From positions 24,501-88,376 of the forward strand of contig BLSG01000314.1 of assembly GCA_012862495.1 (NCBI GenBank): a DNA stretch of 63,876 bases, read 5' to 3'. The notes below the pieces were generated by a model. The model made no database searches, was not told the origin of the DNA, and worked only from the letters and a program-made list of their open reading frames with translations. Source of the DNA: Thraustochytrium aureum. Lineage: Eukaryota. This document shows positions 34,376-46,422 of this stretch, piece by piece (position 1 is the first letter of the stretch; each line of letters opens with the position of its first letter). Position numbers and translations under genes: made by a program.

Positions 34376-34640
34376 TCTGCTTGCCCGCCTGCTTGCTTGC
34401 CCGCCTGCTTGCCCGCCTGCTTGCCCGCCCNNNNNNNNNNNNNNNNNNNNNNNNNNNNNNNNNNNNNNNNNNNNNNNNNNNNNNNNNNNNNNNNNNNNNN
34501 NNNNNNNNNNNNNNNNNNNNNNNNNNNNNNNNNNNNNNNNNNNNNNNNNNNNNNNNNNNNNNNNNNNNNNNNNNNNNNNNNNNNNNNNNNNNNNNNNNNN
34601 NNNNNNNNNNNNNNNNNNNNNGCCCGCCTGCCTGCCTGCC
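34376..34640. repeat. (GCCT/GCTT/GCCC)n simple repeat flanking an N gap
   Basis: gcctgcttgccc units on both sides of the gap. Confidence 0.7.
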
Positions 34641-34861
34641 TTTGGCCACTCTTTCGCGCCAGCGGGATTGCTCCTTTTGTGGCCCAGCGCATTTGCGCAC
34701 TGGGAGCTGTCGTCGTCCTTGTCGCGTGTCGTGGTGTTGCAGGAACAGATCAGTTCAGAGTTCTGTACACTACAATGCCCATTGCGATCGAACGATGTTG
34801 TGCCAAAGTGTGTTTTGTGATGTATTGTCTACTCGTTGCTTGGCGTCCGAAACCAAGTCAT

Positions 34862-35968
34862 TCAAATGTCGCGTGGAACGCACTTGACAATGGCTCCGTC
34901 CCACTCGCAAAAGCCCTCGGTATTTCCGTCACAGTCGGTCATCGAATTGATGTATCCACACATGACGCGCAGCCACTTTGTGGTGGGGAAAAGATTGATC
35001 GAGTTGCCAGACGAGTTGCAATCGGCGACGGGAATGCATTCCTTCTCATCATAGTCCCAGCCGCACTTGCGCCCCGACCGTCCGTTACAGACGTTTGCGT
35101 TCCTAAAGTTGCCGCACCAAGAAGTCTCCGTGGTCGGCGAGGTTGTCGGGCGTGCAGTTGGGTTGGCGGTGGGTGAAGGGGGGGCAGCATAGACGCTCGT
35201 ACAAATCGAGTTCCTACCCTTGTTAAGCCACCTGCAACGGGGCTCCGGGCGGCAATCGCGCGCTGAAAGCGGGTTGCAAAACAGCTCCTCGTCGGCGTGA
35301 AATCCGGTGTAAGTAGGTGCCTTGGTGGGAAAACTGGTAGGGTACTTTGTGCTTGTGGTTGTGCACTTTCTGGAACGCCACCTGCAGTTTACTTCCAGAT
35401 CACAGTCACGGCGATTGGTTACTGCTGCACATGCGGCTTCATCACCCTCCCATTCCGTAGTAGGGCTCTCAGTGGGCATAAACGTAGGCGAGGTTGAAGG
35501 TGAGGCTGTGACGGGAGACATAGAAGGAGCATTGGTTGTCGGCGACATTGTCGGGGCACTGCTTGTAGGCGACATCGTGGGTGCGCTGGTAGTGGGAGCC
35601 TGGGTGGGCGGCGAGGTCATAACGTAGCACTTGTAGTTTTCAGATGTCGAAATGCCTTCGATAGGACCAGTTGCATCCGTGTTCGAAGTCGAAGTGTCAG
35701 TGTACATGCCCGTCGGGACAGTGCTGTCCGAGAACCGCAGGTTGCATTGAAGATCAACGCTGTTGTAGTCAAATCCGAGACACAGGGTTTCCTGAACGCA
35801 GTTATTCTGGCAGTCAGTGAATTGTGCCTTGTAGAAAGTGGCAGAATCATACAGGTCGCCGTTCGTGTTTGTGCAAACGCCGTCTCCTACGTAATTGGGT
35901 GTTCGAACCGAGTAAACGGAATGCGTTAGCATGGCGGCTGCCGTGACGACGATGATGGTGCGCGACAT
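34862..35968 (-). CDS. Secreted protein: signal peptide, PAN/apple-like Cys domain, Pro/Thr/Ser (PT) repeats and small Cys-Trp repeats
   Basis: Intact 368-aa ORF. Signal MSRTIIVVTAAAMLTHSVYS; CQNNCVQETLCLGFDYNSVDLQCNL; APTMSPT repeats; repeated DC..E..CRW / CGW / CEW modules. Confidence 0.75.
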   Translation of the reverse strand: MSRTIIVVTAAAMLTHSVYSVRTPNYVGDGVCTNTNGDLYDSATFYKAQFTDCQNNCVQETLCLGFDYNSVDLQCNLRFSDSTVPTGMYTDTSTSNTDATGPIEGISTSENYKCYVMTSPPTQAPTTSAPTMSPTSSAPTMSPTTNAPSMSPVTASPSTSPTFMPTESPTTEWEGDEAACAAVTNRRDCDLEVNCRWRSRKCTTTSTKYPTSFPTKAPTYTGFHADEELFCNPLSARDCRPEPRCRWLNKGRNSICTSVYAAPPSPTANPTARPTTSPTTETSWCGNFRNANVCNGRSGRKCGWDYDEKECIPVADCNSSGNSINLFPTTKWLRVMCGYINSMTDCDGNTEGFCEWDGAIVKCVPRDI

Positions 35969-37338
35969 GGTGTTCGTTGGTTGGTTTCTTGTTGTCTTGT
36001 GGCTTGGCTTGCTCTTTGCTTTGTGCTTTGCGTTGCGGGTCTGCTGTATGGTCTGGTCTGGTCTGGGCTGGTCATGTCTCGATTGGCAAGCAACACAATG
36101 GTCAAGATCCTCGCTGAATGCTCAGACAATCGGTGTTGCTCGGATGAGCACTTACTAGTANNNNNNNNNNNNNNNNNNNNNNNNNNNNNNNNNNNNNNNN
36201 NNNNNNNNNNNNNNNNNNNNNNNNNNNNNNNNNNNNNNNNNNNNNNNNNNNNNNNNNNNNNNNNNNNNNNNNNNNNNNNNNNNNNNNNNNNNNNNNNNNN
36301 NNNNNNNNNNNNNNNNNNNNNNNNNNNNNNNNNNNNNNNNNNNNNNNNNNNNNNNNNNNNNNNNNNNNNNNNNNNNNNNNNNNNNNNNNNNNNNNNNNNN
36401 NNNNNNNNNNNNNNNNNNNNNNNNNNNNNNNNNNNNNNNNNNNNNNNNNNNNNNNNNNNNNNNNNNNNNNNNNNNNNNNNNNNNNNNNNNNNNNNNNNNN
36501 NNNNNNNNNNNNNNNNNNNNNNNNNNNNNNNNNNNNNNNNNNNNNNNNNNNNNNNNNNNNNNNNNNNNNNNNNNNNNNNNNNNNNNNNNNNNNNNNNNNN
36601 NNNNNNNNNNNNNNNNNNNNNNNNNNNNNNNNNNNNNNNNNNNNNNNNNNNNNNNNNNNNNNNNNNNNNNNNNNNNNNNNNNNNNNNNNNNNNNNNNNNN
36701 NNNNNNNNNNNNNNNNNNNNNNNNNNNNNNNNNNNNNNNNNNNNNNNNNNNNNNNNNNNNNNNNNNNNNNNNNNNNNNNNNNNNNNNNNNNNNNNNNNNN
36801 NNNNNNNNNNNNNNNNNNNNNNNNNNNNNNNNNNNNNNNNNNNNNNNNNNNNNNNNNNNNNNNNNNNNNNNNNNNNNNNNNNNNNNNNNNNNNNNNNNNN
36901 NNNNNNNNNNNNNNNNNNNNNNNNNNNNNNNNNNNNNNNNNNNNNNNNNNNNNNNNNNNNNNNNCATCGCAAATGGGCTCGGCACAGTCCGCCGCAGAGG
37001 CCGACTTGCCACCAGTCCCAGCAGCGGTCTGAGCAACGCCGCCGGCCAATCCCAGCTGCCGCGGCCAGGGCTACAGCGGCTGAAGCCGCTCCGCCGTGCG
37101 GGAAGCGCAAGCGCCTCGTGGCCCACGACAACAGCATTCTTTTTCGCGCTTACTTCTCCTGAGCCAACCGCAAGGCTTTCGCGACGTCCAGCAGCCCAAG
37201 CATCCAACGACGAGAAAGACGTCCGGTCCCGAGCACAAGCAGCTCACGAGCACCTCCCTCGGCCTGCGGCTCTGCTTCACTTGCCTCGCGACCGAGTCCG
37301 CGCGGCACTTCCCCACCGAACAAAACGAGCATGATAAA

Positions 37339-37473
37339 ACCTAACCCAGCCCTTGACCGAATCGCAGAGCGCACCCTGACCCAACCCTTGACCGAATTGC
37401 AGAGCGCACCCTAACCCAGCCCTTGACCGAATCGCGCAGAGCGCACCCTGACCCAACCCTTGACCGAATCGCG
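37339..37473. repeat. About 4 copies of a 35-37 bp tandem repeat (A-B-A-B) with CCTAACCC/CCTGACCC motifs, in the RPL3 promoter region
   Basis: Alternating units cctaacccagcccttgaccgaatcgcagagcgcac and cctgacccaacccttgaccgaattgcagagcgcac. Confidence 0.9.
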
Positions 37474-37716
37474 CGATTCCGCACTCGGGAGGTAATAGGG
37501 GGTCGGAGGGAAATAGAGGGCAGCCCTACCCTAGTTGGCGGTTTGTGCGGCAAGGGCGAGGGGGTGGGTTGTGGGGTGTACTGAGGTAGGTCAGGGCCGG
37601 ATGGATGGTGAGTGAGTGAGTGGATTGGTGTTGTGGCCGAGACAGCGAGGCAGTCCGTGAGCGCACGAGGGCAGGGAGCGAGGTCGAGCAGGAGCAGGAG
37701 CAGCAGGAGCAGCAGG

Positions 37717-38875
37717 ATGAGCCACCGCAAGTTTGAGGCGCCCCGCCATGGGTCGCTCGGGTTTAACCCGCGCAAGCGTTGCAAGATGCACCGCGGCCGC
37801 ATCAAGGCCTTCCCGGTCGACGACAGCAGCAAGGACGCCCACCTCACCGCGTTCATGACCTACAAGGCTGGCATGACCCACATCGCCCGCGATGTGGACA
37901 AGCCCGGCGCTGGCATCCACAAGAAGGAGGTCGTCGAGGCCGTCACCATCCTCGAGGCCCCGCCCATGATCGCCGCCGGCATCGTCGGCTACATTGCCAC
38001 CCCGCGCGGCCTCCGCTCGCTCACCACCGTGTGGGCCCCAGCACGTCGGCGAGGACATGAAGCGCCGCCTGTACAAGAACTGGTACCGCTCCAAGAAGAA
38101 GGCCTTCACCAAGTACGCTCTCAAGTACGAGGACGGCGCCAAGGACATCGAGGCCGAGCTCGAGCGCATGAAGAAGTACTGCACCGTCATCCGCCTCATC
38201 TGCCACACGCAGATGAGCAAGCTCCGCCTGCGCCAGAAGAAGGCCCACGTCTGCGAGATCCAGATCAACGGCGGCTCCTCTGCTGACAAGGTCGACTTTG
38301 GCAAGTCGCTCTTCGAGAAGGAAATCCCCCTGGACTCTGTCTTCAAGAAGGACGAGATGTGCGACGCTATTTCCATCACCAAGGGCCACGGCTTCGAGGG
38401 TGTCATCCGCCGCTTTGGCGTCTCCAGGCTTCCGCGCAAGACCCACAAGGGTCTCCGCAAGGTTGCGTGCATTGGCTCGTGGCACCCGTCGCGCGTGCGC
38501 ACAACTGTGCCCCGCGCCGGTCAGTATGGTTACCATCACCGTACGGAGATGAACAAGAAGATCTACCGTATCGGCAAGAAGGGCGACGAGAAGTCGTGCA
38601 CGACCGAGCAGGACTTGACGGTCAAGTCGATCACCCCGCTCGGCGGCTTCCCGCACTACGGTGTGATTAACGAGGACTGGGTCATGATCAAGGGCGCCGT
38701 CCCCGGTGTGCGCAAGCGCCTCATCACCCTCCGCAAGTCTCTGCACGAGCGCAAGTCGCGCGCCGCGCTCGAGGACATCCAGATCAAGTTCATCGACACC
38801 TCGTCCAAGTTCGGCCATGGTCGCTTCCAGACCGCCGCCGAGAAGGAGAAGGTCATGGGCGCCCGCAAGGCCTAA
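37717..38875 (+). CDS. RPL3: 60S ribosomal protein L3 (uL3); a 1-nt insertion in the C-run near 38036 is likely a sequencing error
   Basis: [61 protein letters not shown]; strong codon bias. Confidence 0.98.
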
Positions 38876-39267
38876 TCTGCGGCTTTTGTTTTGGCACTGC
38901 CTACCTTGGGGCGTGCAAGCCTTCCGCTTCACGGGCCCCGCTCTCTCCCTATCCAAAAGCTTATCTTTTCCTCATCCATTTCCAGAAGCCAAGCCGCCAC
39001 GCGCAAAACTGTACCGCGTTTGACGACTCGGAGGCTTCGCCGACGCCCGCAGACGAGTCCGCTCGTCGGGCGGCATCCTGGGCCGTTGCTGCCTGAGGCA
39101 CTCAGACCTGGATCGGTTCCAAGCCTCGACGGCGCTGGCAACGGGGCCTGCCTCGCGCGGCGCACTCTGGCGAGAACGCCCTGGCGAGCTAGCTCTTGCA
39201 GCGGGTTCTCAGCCTTGCTCTTGACGGCAGCTTCCTGGCCTGCTCTTGGCCTCCCTGGCGCTGTGGG

Positions 39268-42200
39268 ATGGGCGACGCGACGCGAGTCGCGCCGGGCGAC
39301 CGCTCGGTGCGCGTCTTCGCGGCCGTGTACACCAAGGACAAGCGGCGGAAGCGCAAGGTGAGTGGATTCACAGGGGTCTGCAAGCAGGCTCTGGCGGAAG
39401 GCTGACGGGCCGAGCGGCGAGCGGTTCGGGGCGCCGCAGCGGTGGCGCGAAGGTGCAATCAAAGTGTCGGTTGCAAGGAAAAAGCTCGTGCTCTTTGACG
39501 CCGAGGAGGCCGCGTCTCCGCAAGTCGCGTGCCAAGGCACGCCGTTGGATGCTCTTTTTGTGAACGACGTACGGCAGCTCGAAACCGAGTACGACTTTGA
39601 CCACTTTCTCGTGGAAGTCGGTTTGGAGCTCCACGACCACACCCCCCCACCGATGTCGATGCGACTGTTGCCGATGCGGGCGACGGCGCACGCCGCCCCC
39701 TCGCACTTGTCAATTCAAGTGCTCGGGGCAGCAGGCCCGCAAACGCCCTCCCAAACCGCTCGCGTAGCGGGTGTGAAAACCTCCCCCGCGGTCATGCAAT
39801 CGCGGCGTCGAATGCGGAGCAGAGCAAAAGCGAACCTGTTCGCTGCAGCCCCCCGGCGAGGCCTGCAACGGGCCCACCGAGGAGGACCATCCCGCATTTT
39901 ATGAAGCCGGGGCCTGTCGCCGCAACAGCAAGTACCGGCCCGAGCACCAGCCCTTTGCTCAAGCCCCAGCCTGCGCCCATGGCACGGGAGCGCCAGGCTC
40001 GCACCGAGTCAACCCCAGGCCACCCACTCTCCACAGACGATCTCCTCGGCATATTCTCGCTTGGCCCTACGGAAACAAGTGACCTGCACGAGGATGCGCG
40101 CGACCCTATCGACGAGCGCCAGCCCAAGCTGCATGCCTCTGAGGAAGCTCACCCCTGGAGCCTGAAACCAGAGCAGACTATGAGCTGGGCGAGCGCCAGA
40201 CCAATAGCGGCGCCGCGGTCTCGCGATTCAAGCGGCCGGCGGCCACTGGCGCACCAACTTGCGCTCGATTCGCGCGCACAGCCACGCGCCAGCTCCTCGA
40301 GCTGGTGCTTGCGGCGGCCTTGCGCCTGTTGGGTCCCTCCGGATGTTTGACGCTAGCCTGGGACCCAATCGCACCGTCCAGCGGAGCCGCCGGGCCGGGA
40401 GACTGCGGTCGAGTACGAGGCGGTCTTCAAGCGCCAGCTAGAGAAAGCGGTGACCGAGGAGGTGCAGGTGGTCATCAACGCAGCCACAGACCCCGCGGCA
40501 GGGCGCGGGCGTCGCGCCCTTGCTTGGGACGACAGCGCGACGCTGTTCCGGAGCACTGGCCGAGGCGACCGCGCGGGCAAACCAAGCAAGCGCAAGACGC
40601 GCCGCAAGCCGGGACGCTTGCTGCAGCTTTCGGACGACGAGGAAGTCGAGGCGCCCACAGCCGAGCCGTGCTCTGCGAGCAGTGGCGCGCGGGCCGAGCG
40701 CCTCTTTCTCGCTTGCCCAAAGCTGGCGTCCAACGCCGCGGCGCGCAAGGCGTGCCGGATGGGCGACTTGTGGTTTGTCGATCCTGTGCAGGTCGCACGA
40801 CGCGACGGGCGCGGCGGCGAGCTCAGCGACTTTGCCCGGTGCTGGGTTCTCAAGTCTCTTTGGCATGGGATGAGCGCGGACGGCGTGGTGGAGGTGGAGG
40901 CCGTGTCTAGCAACTTTCGCCCCAGCGCCGTCTCGTCGTCGTGGTCGCGAAAGACGCGCGTGAGCGCCAGCCGCGGCCCGAATGCCGAGCACGAGCTAGC
41001 AATGGCAGCGACGGCCGCGTCCCTTACTCTGGACAGCCCGCCCGTGGCGAGGTCTCTCATGTTCAAGCCGGACGACCCTCGCGCTCGACGCCTGAACGCG
41101 AGGCCGCTTCCTGGGCCAGCAGATGCGAGCGAGCGCGCTTGTATGTTGGAGGCCGTTGCGGAGGAGTTTGGCCTAAACGCCGACCAGCGGGTGGTCTTGA
41201 CGCGTGTGGGCAGCTGGTTTGAGGCCGACGCCGCGCAGCACGATCCAGTGGTGCTTGTGCATGGGCCATACGGTAGTGGCAAGACCAAGCTGACGTGCGC
41301 GTCAATCGTCTTGCTTTCGAGGCTCCTGGACGCGGCGCCGCCAGGGTCTGGAGCCGACATGGTGCGCATATGCGTTTCATCGGCAACCAATGTTGCGGTG
41401 GACAACGTGCTTCGGGGCCTCCTCGAGGCAGGGATGAGCGAGTTCGGCCGCGTCGGAAGCCTCAAGCGCGTGGCGCGCGACCTCTTGGGGCACGTGATCC
41501 ACTTTGACCCGCGCGGGTTTCAGCACGCAGTGCAAGACGCCAAGGCCCAGCTCCGAACGATCGGGGAGCCTTGTGCGAAGGAGGCTCTCGAGCGGCTCGA
41601 GTCGCGGCCCTTGACGCAGATCGAACGAGAGCAAGCCGCATTTGAAGCCACTTGCCGCGTCGTCGGCGTGACGTGCTGCAGCGCGGCCTCGAAGGGGCAA
41701 GTGGAACGCATGTTTGCGGGGCGACGGACAGTCTGCTTTGTTGACGAGGCGTCGCAGGCCGTGGAGGCGCTGTCCCTGATGCCTCTGGCAAAGTCGCGCT
41801 GCGAATTTGCCGTCCTCGTGGGCGACCCGCTGCAGTTGCCTCCAGTGACCGTGAGCCGGCCGCGAGCGGCGCCTGTGTACGCAGATTATGCAACGCCGCT
41901 TTTTGAGCGACTCCAGGGCCTGGGCAGGCAGCCGGTCCTTCTGAGCACGCAGTACCGCTGCCACCCAAGCATCTCGGCGCTTGCTTCTGGTCTGTTCTAC
42001 GGGGGGCGCGTCTCGAGCGGGGTTGCGGCAGCGGAGCGGGCCGCTCTCGTTCCCGGGCTCCCGCCGCTGACTCTGTTTGACGTTTTTCATGGACAAGAGC
42101 GTCAGGTGGGGAGCTCTATCGTTAACCACGCAGAGCAAGCGATGGTTGTGCAACTCGTTCGGGCACTGCTAAAGTATGGGTTGGAGCCGGGCGATGTTTG

Positions 42201-42585
42201 TGCGATTGCGCTTTTCCGCGCGCAAGCGGAGGCTATACGCGCCGCTTTGGCCGAGTCGGGCGACCCGAATGACCGCGCGGTGACCGCCTCCACGACAGAC
42301 GCCTTTCAAGGCGCGGAACGCAAGGTTGTGATCATCTCAACCTGCAGAACTGCCTTTGGCGCTGGCGGTCCAGTGGCAGTGAGGGAGAGCGGCGGCGGAG
42401 GGTTTACCGAGTGCCCGCGACGTCTGAATGTGATGCTGACGCGCGCGCGCCACCACGTGATCATTTTCGGCCATGCAGGGACGCTGCAGGACTCGCCAGT
42501 GTGGCGCGACATCGTGGCTGGGTGCAACAGCGCTCTGTCGCTGGACGGGCTCTTGGGGAGCCTGCGCGCAACGAGCGGGGCCTAG
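39268..42585 (+). CDS. ZGRF1: ZGRF1-like 5'-3' helicase: N-terminal DUF2439 plus a C-terminal UPF1/DNA2-like SF1 helicase. Intron at 39358-39439; frameshifts in the linker.
   Basis: FAAVYTKDKRRKRK|RWREGAIKV..KLVLFD..FLVEV (DUF2439). Helicase motifs VHGPYGSGKT, SATNVAVDN, DEASQ, VGDPLQLPP, QYRCHP, DAFQGAE, RLNVMLTRAR. Confidence 0.8.
39358..39439 (+). other. Spliceosomal intron (82 nt)
   Basis: GTGAGT donor, GCTGAC branch, GCAG acceptor. Removing it restores the DUF2439 KRK-RWREG motif. Confidence 0.85.
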
Positions 42586-42650
42586 TTAGGTTGGGGTGCG
42601 AAGCGCCCGCTGGGGGCAGCAAAACAAATGCAATGCGGCAATTGATAACA

Positions 42651-44838
42651 TCACAGGTCTGAGTAGTCGACCACTGTGCGGAAGCGCGGCTGCGGGCCCA
42701 GCTGAGCGGGGGCGTAGGAGCCAGATTGCGGTCCAGCCAGGCCCACAGGGGCGGCGAGCAGGCCGCCGCTGCCGAGCAGAGCTTGCGGGAAGAGCTGCTG
42801 CATCACGACGGCGCGGGACTGCGGCTGAGCGTACGGCGGGAGGGCCGGCAACGGCTTGTCCGGGTCGGCGCGGAAGCGGTCGTTGGCCATCCCCGCTACG
42901 GCCTCGGCCTCGACCTTGGCTAGGCGGTCGCGGTGTTTCTTAACAATGTGCTTGTGCACGAACGCGGCGGTCTTGAACATCTTGTGCGGCGGCAAAAGGC
43001 ACATGTACACGTCCGCGGACTTGCGCTTGGTTTGCGATTCGCAAAACGCCTCGACAGCCGCTGCTCGCAGCTTGTCAGCTTTGGCGAGGTCTGCATGGAG
43101 CTCCTCGCGGCGCTTCTTGGCAGCAGCAGGGTCTAGCGAGGCCTCGAGCGCATTGAGCGCATCGTCGTGGGCTTTGGCGGTGACGTCGCCGGCAGAAATC
43201 TCATGGTCTTCATTCGCCCAAATGTCGTCTGCCCTTGCCTCGACTTGGTCCGCGTCGGCCGCGTCGCCCAGCGCCGCACGGGCCGCGGCCACAGCTCGTG
43301 TCCTTGCCTCTAGCGCGTGCACAAGCGCCGCGCGCAGCGCCGGGGGCCTGTAGTAGGGCAGCGCGGATGCGTGCAGCATGGCGCCGCGCGAGCGAAAGGC
43401 TGCGTGACTGTACAAGCAGGTCAGATGAACATTGCGCAAGTACGAGACGCAAATGTCGAGGCGCCGGCGATCGCGCGCGACGCGGCGAGCAAAGCTCGCT
43501 TCCGCCTCCCCAAGGTCCTTGAGAGAAGCCTCGGGCTCCTCACCCTCGGTCGGAACAGGGGCCAGAGCCGCGATTGCGTCCGCCGGCGGGTCGTCAGCGG
43601 CGCTGGCGATGTGAGACTGCACCGCCGGGTGCTCGAGCAGCTGCGCCAGGCCCTTTCCGGCCTCTGTGACGCCGCGATCGGCATCAAGCAAGGCGGCGAC
43701 CCTGAGAGCACGGCGCGTGTCCAGGAGGGCGCGCAGCGGCTGGCCAGCGAAAGGAGGTGCGATGCGGTTGCCATGACGGCGCCGCTCTAGCAGCTGCACC
43801 CGCACCTTTGGCGCCGCAGCGACCTGCGCGGGGTCTTGATCCTCGGCGCTCGGGCCGCCGGGTGGCGGGCGGTCTGTCCTAAGGTACAAGGTTCAGCGGC
43901 GAGGAGTCGTTCCATTTGCGCCTTTGACGAGCAGACAACCAAGGCGTCGCGGTCCAGCTTGAGCCGCGCGCCGTTGGCGATCTGTTCAGGCGTCGGGAGC
44001 CCGAGGTCGCTCAGCAGAATCTCAAACGAAGTCGCGTGCTCGGCAGTGTCCTCAGAGCCGCCGTCCGCCATCGTCTGTAGCGAGCCCTTGAGGGCGTTCC
44101 TGATCCCCTCCTCGAAACGCTCGCGAAAAACGGTGGGCGGGAGCCGAGGCACAAAAACCAAGTGCTCGGGATCGTCTGAGGAGGCGGTCGGTTTAGCATT
44201 GCTGGGGAGAACCGACCTCATTCGCGAGCTCTGCACGAGCGGAGCGCGAGCGAGCTCGGGGGGGCAGTCGAGTTTAGGGAAGAGCGCGAGGAATGCGGCG
44301 GGGTCGCTTTCTAGGCTTTCCGCCGCCTCCACCGCCTGCCGCGCGGCGGCCTGAGCGTGGGAATCGAGCCAGTCGACCCGCTCTTTCTCCAGTTGCGCGT
44401 CGTAGCGCTCGATGAACCACGCTTCGCCGCCGTGTTTGGCGATAAAGCTGTCCTCCTTTGCCTTTTGCCACTCGACCACGTAGGCGTTGTACCCGGCCTC
44501 GGTGATTGCAAGTCTCTGGGCTTCCTGCCGCTTGGCCCACGCCGTGAAGCTGATGGGCTGGTCGGAAGGCGGCTCCGGCTCTGGGCCGTTTCGGCGCCCT
44601 GCCCGATTGCGAACACCGCCGCGATTTCGTTCGCGACGAGCGCCATCTCGCCTGCCTGGGCTCCAGCTCCGCTCGCGCCTCCTGTATCTGCTCCTGTCGC
44701 TCGGGCTCCTGCTGCGCCTTCGCCTCCGGTCTGGGCTTCGGCTCCGGCTGCGCCGCCTGCTTGTGCTTGCTCGCCTTCTCTCCCTGCTCTCGCTCCTGCT
44801 GCGCCTCTTTCGTCGCTCCCTGCTCTCGCCCCTTCTGT
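42651..44838 (-). CDS. SRRT: SERRATE/Ars2 RNA effector protein; 5' end in or beyond the gap at 44839-45772; frameshifts near 43880 and 44500
   Basis: SFIAKHGGEAWFIERY (cf. FFLAHKDEEWFRSKY), LDICVSYLRNVH, CLLPPHKMFKTAAFVHKHIVKKH, FRADPDKP, C-terminal RTVVDYSDL (cap-binding-complex-binding motif). Confidence 0.85.
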
Positions 44839-46422
44839 NNNNNNNNNNNNNNNNNNNNNNNNNNNNNNNNNNNNNNNNNNNNNNNNNNNNNNNNNNNNNN
44901 NNNNNNNNNNNNNNNNNNNNNNNNNNNNNNNNNNNNNNNNNNNNNNNNNNNNNNNNNNNNNNNNNNNNNNNNNNNNNNNNNNNNNNNNNNNNNNNNNNNN
45001 NNNNNNNNNNNNNNNNNNNNNNNNNNNNNNNNNNNNNNNNNNNNNNNNNNNNNNNNNNNNNNNNNNNNNNNNNNNNNNNNNNNNNNNNNNNNNNNNNNNN
45101 NNNNNNNNNNNNNNNNNNNNNNNNNNNNNNNNNNNNNNNNNNNNNNNNNNNNNNNNNNNNNNNNNNNNNNNNNNNNNNNNNNNNNNNNNNNNNNNNNNNN
45201 NNNNNNNNNNNNNNNNNNNNNNNNNNNNNNNNNNNNNNNNNNNNNNNNNNNNNNNNNNNNNNNNNNNNNNNNNNNNNNNNNNNNNNNNNNNNNNNNNNNN
45301 NNNNNNNNNNNNNNNNNNNNNNNNNNNNNNNNNNNNNNNNNNNNNNNNNNNNNNNNNNNNNNNNNNNNNNNNNNNNNNNNNNNNNNNNNNNNNNNNNNNN
45401 NNNNNNNNNNNNNNNNNNNNNNNNNNNNNNNNNNNNNNNNNNNNNNNNNNNNNNNNNNNNNNNNNNNNNNNNNNNNNNNNNNNNNNNNNNNNNNNNNNNN
45501 NNNNNNNNNNNNNNNNNNNNNNNNNNNNNNNNNNNNNNNNNNNNNNNNNNNNNNNNNNNNNNNNNNNNNNNNNNNNNNNNNNNNNNNNNNNNNNNNNNNN
45601 NNNNNNNNNNNNNNNNNNNNNNNNNNNNNNNNNNNNNNNNNNNNNNNNNNNNNNNNNNNNNNNNNNNNNNNNNNNNNNNNNNNNNNNNNNNNNNNNNNNN
45701 NNNNNNNNNNNNNNNNNNNNNNNNNNNNNNNNNNNNNNNNNNNNNNNNNNNNNNNNNNNNNNNNNNNNNNNNGATACGCGCCCGAACATCTGGGCTGCCG
45801 CAAACGTCGGCGGGGCCGGAGCGATCTCCGCGATAGCGGAGCGGATTCCGAAAACGTCCATGCGAAGGTGTGCTCCAAGGCTTTCCCCGCTCATGGAGTG
45901 CTTGACGGTATCGCCCCTCTCGGGCTCCGGGCCTGCGCGACTTGCTTCAGTTCTTCCGAGACGCGTTGCTGGACGCTGGATTGGGGAGCCCTGCACGGAG
46001 GGACGCAGGGACTGGCGGACTCCTTGAACTGCGGTATTTGTCCGAGTGCGCGGCCGCGTAAGTACCTTCATGGAGGAAGTACCTACTCTGCTCTGTCAGC
46101 TCTGTTTCGCCACTCACACACTCTGGGCTCTGCGATACATGTGCACTGCCCGAGTCGGCCTCGACCACGTCGAGCGGCAGATGCCAAACACGCGAGGCGC
46201 AGCGGCAGCAGTGGCAGGTGGCCCGTTTGCTGGTGGGCTCGCAGAGTTTGACGAAGCGCCGCCACCGTTTTTGGCCGTCGGCGAGGTTGGGGCAGGCGAC
46301 CGCGGAGTCGAGCAGCTCGGGGGTGTGTCGGGCTTGCCCGAGACCGCACCGCGGGACGCCTGGCTAGCAAGACAAGCCGAGCCGCCAGGAGGCTAGCGCA
46401 GCGGACTGCGATCACGGGCAAG

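Noticed and set aside
37339..37473. 35-bp repeats as a CRISPR array
   Set aside because: The units are directly adjacent with no unique spacers, there are no cas genes, and the context is eukaryotic.
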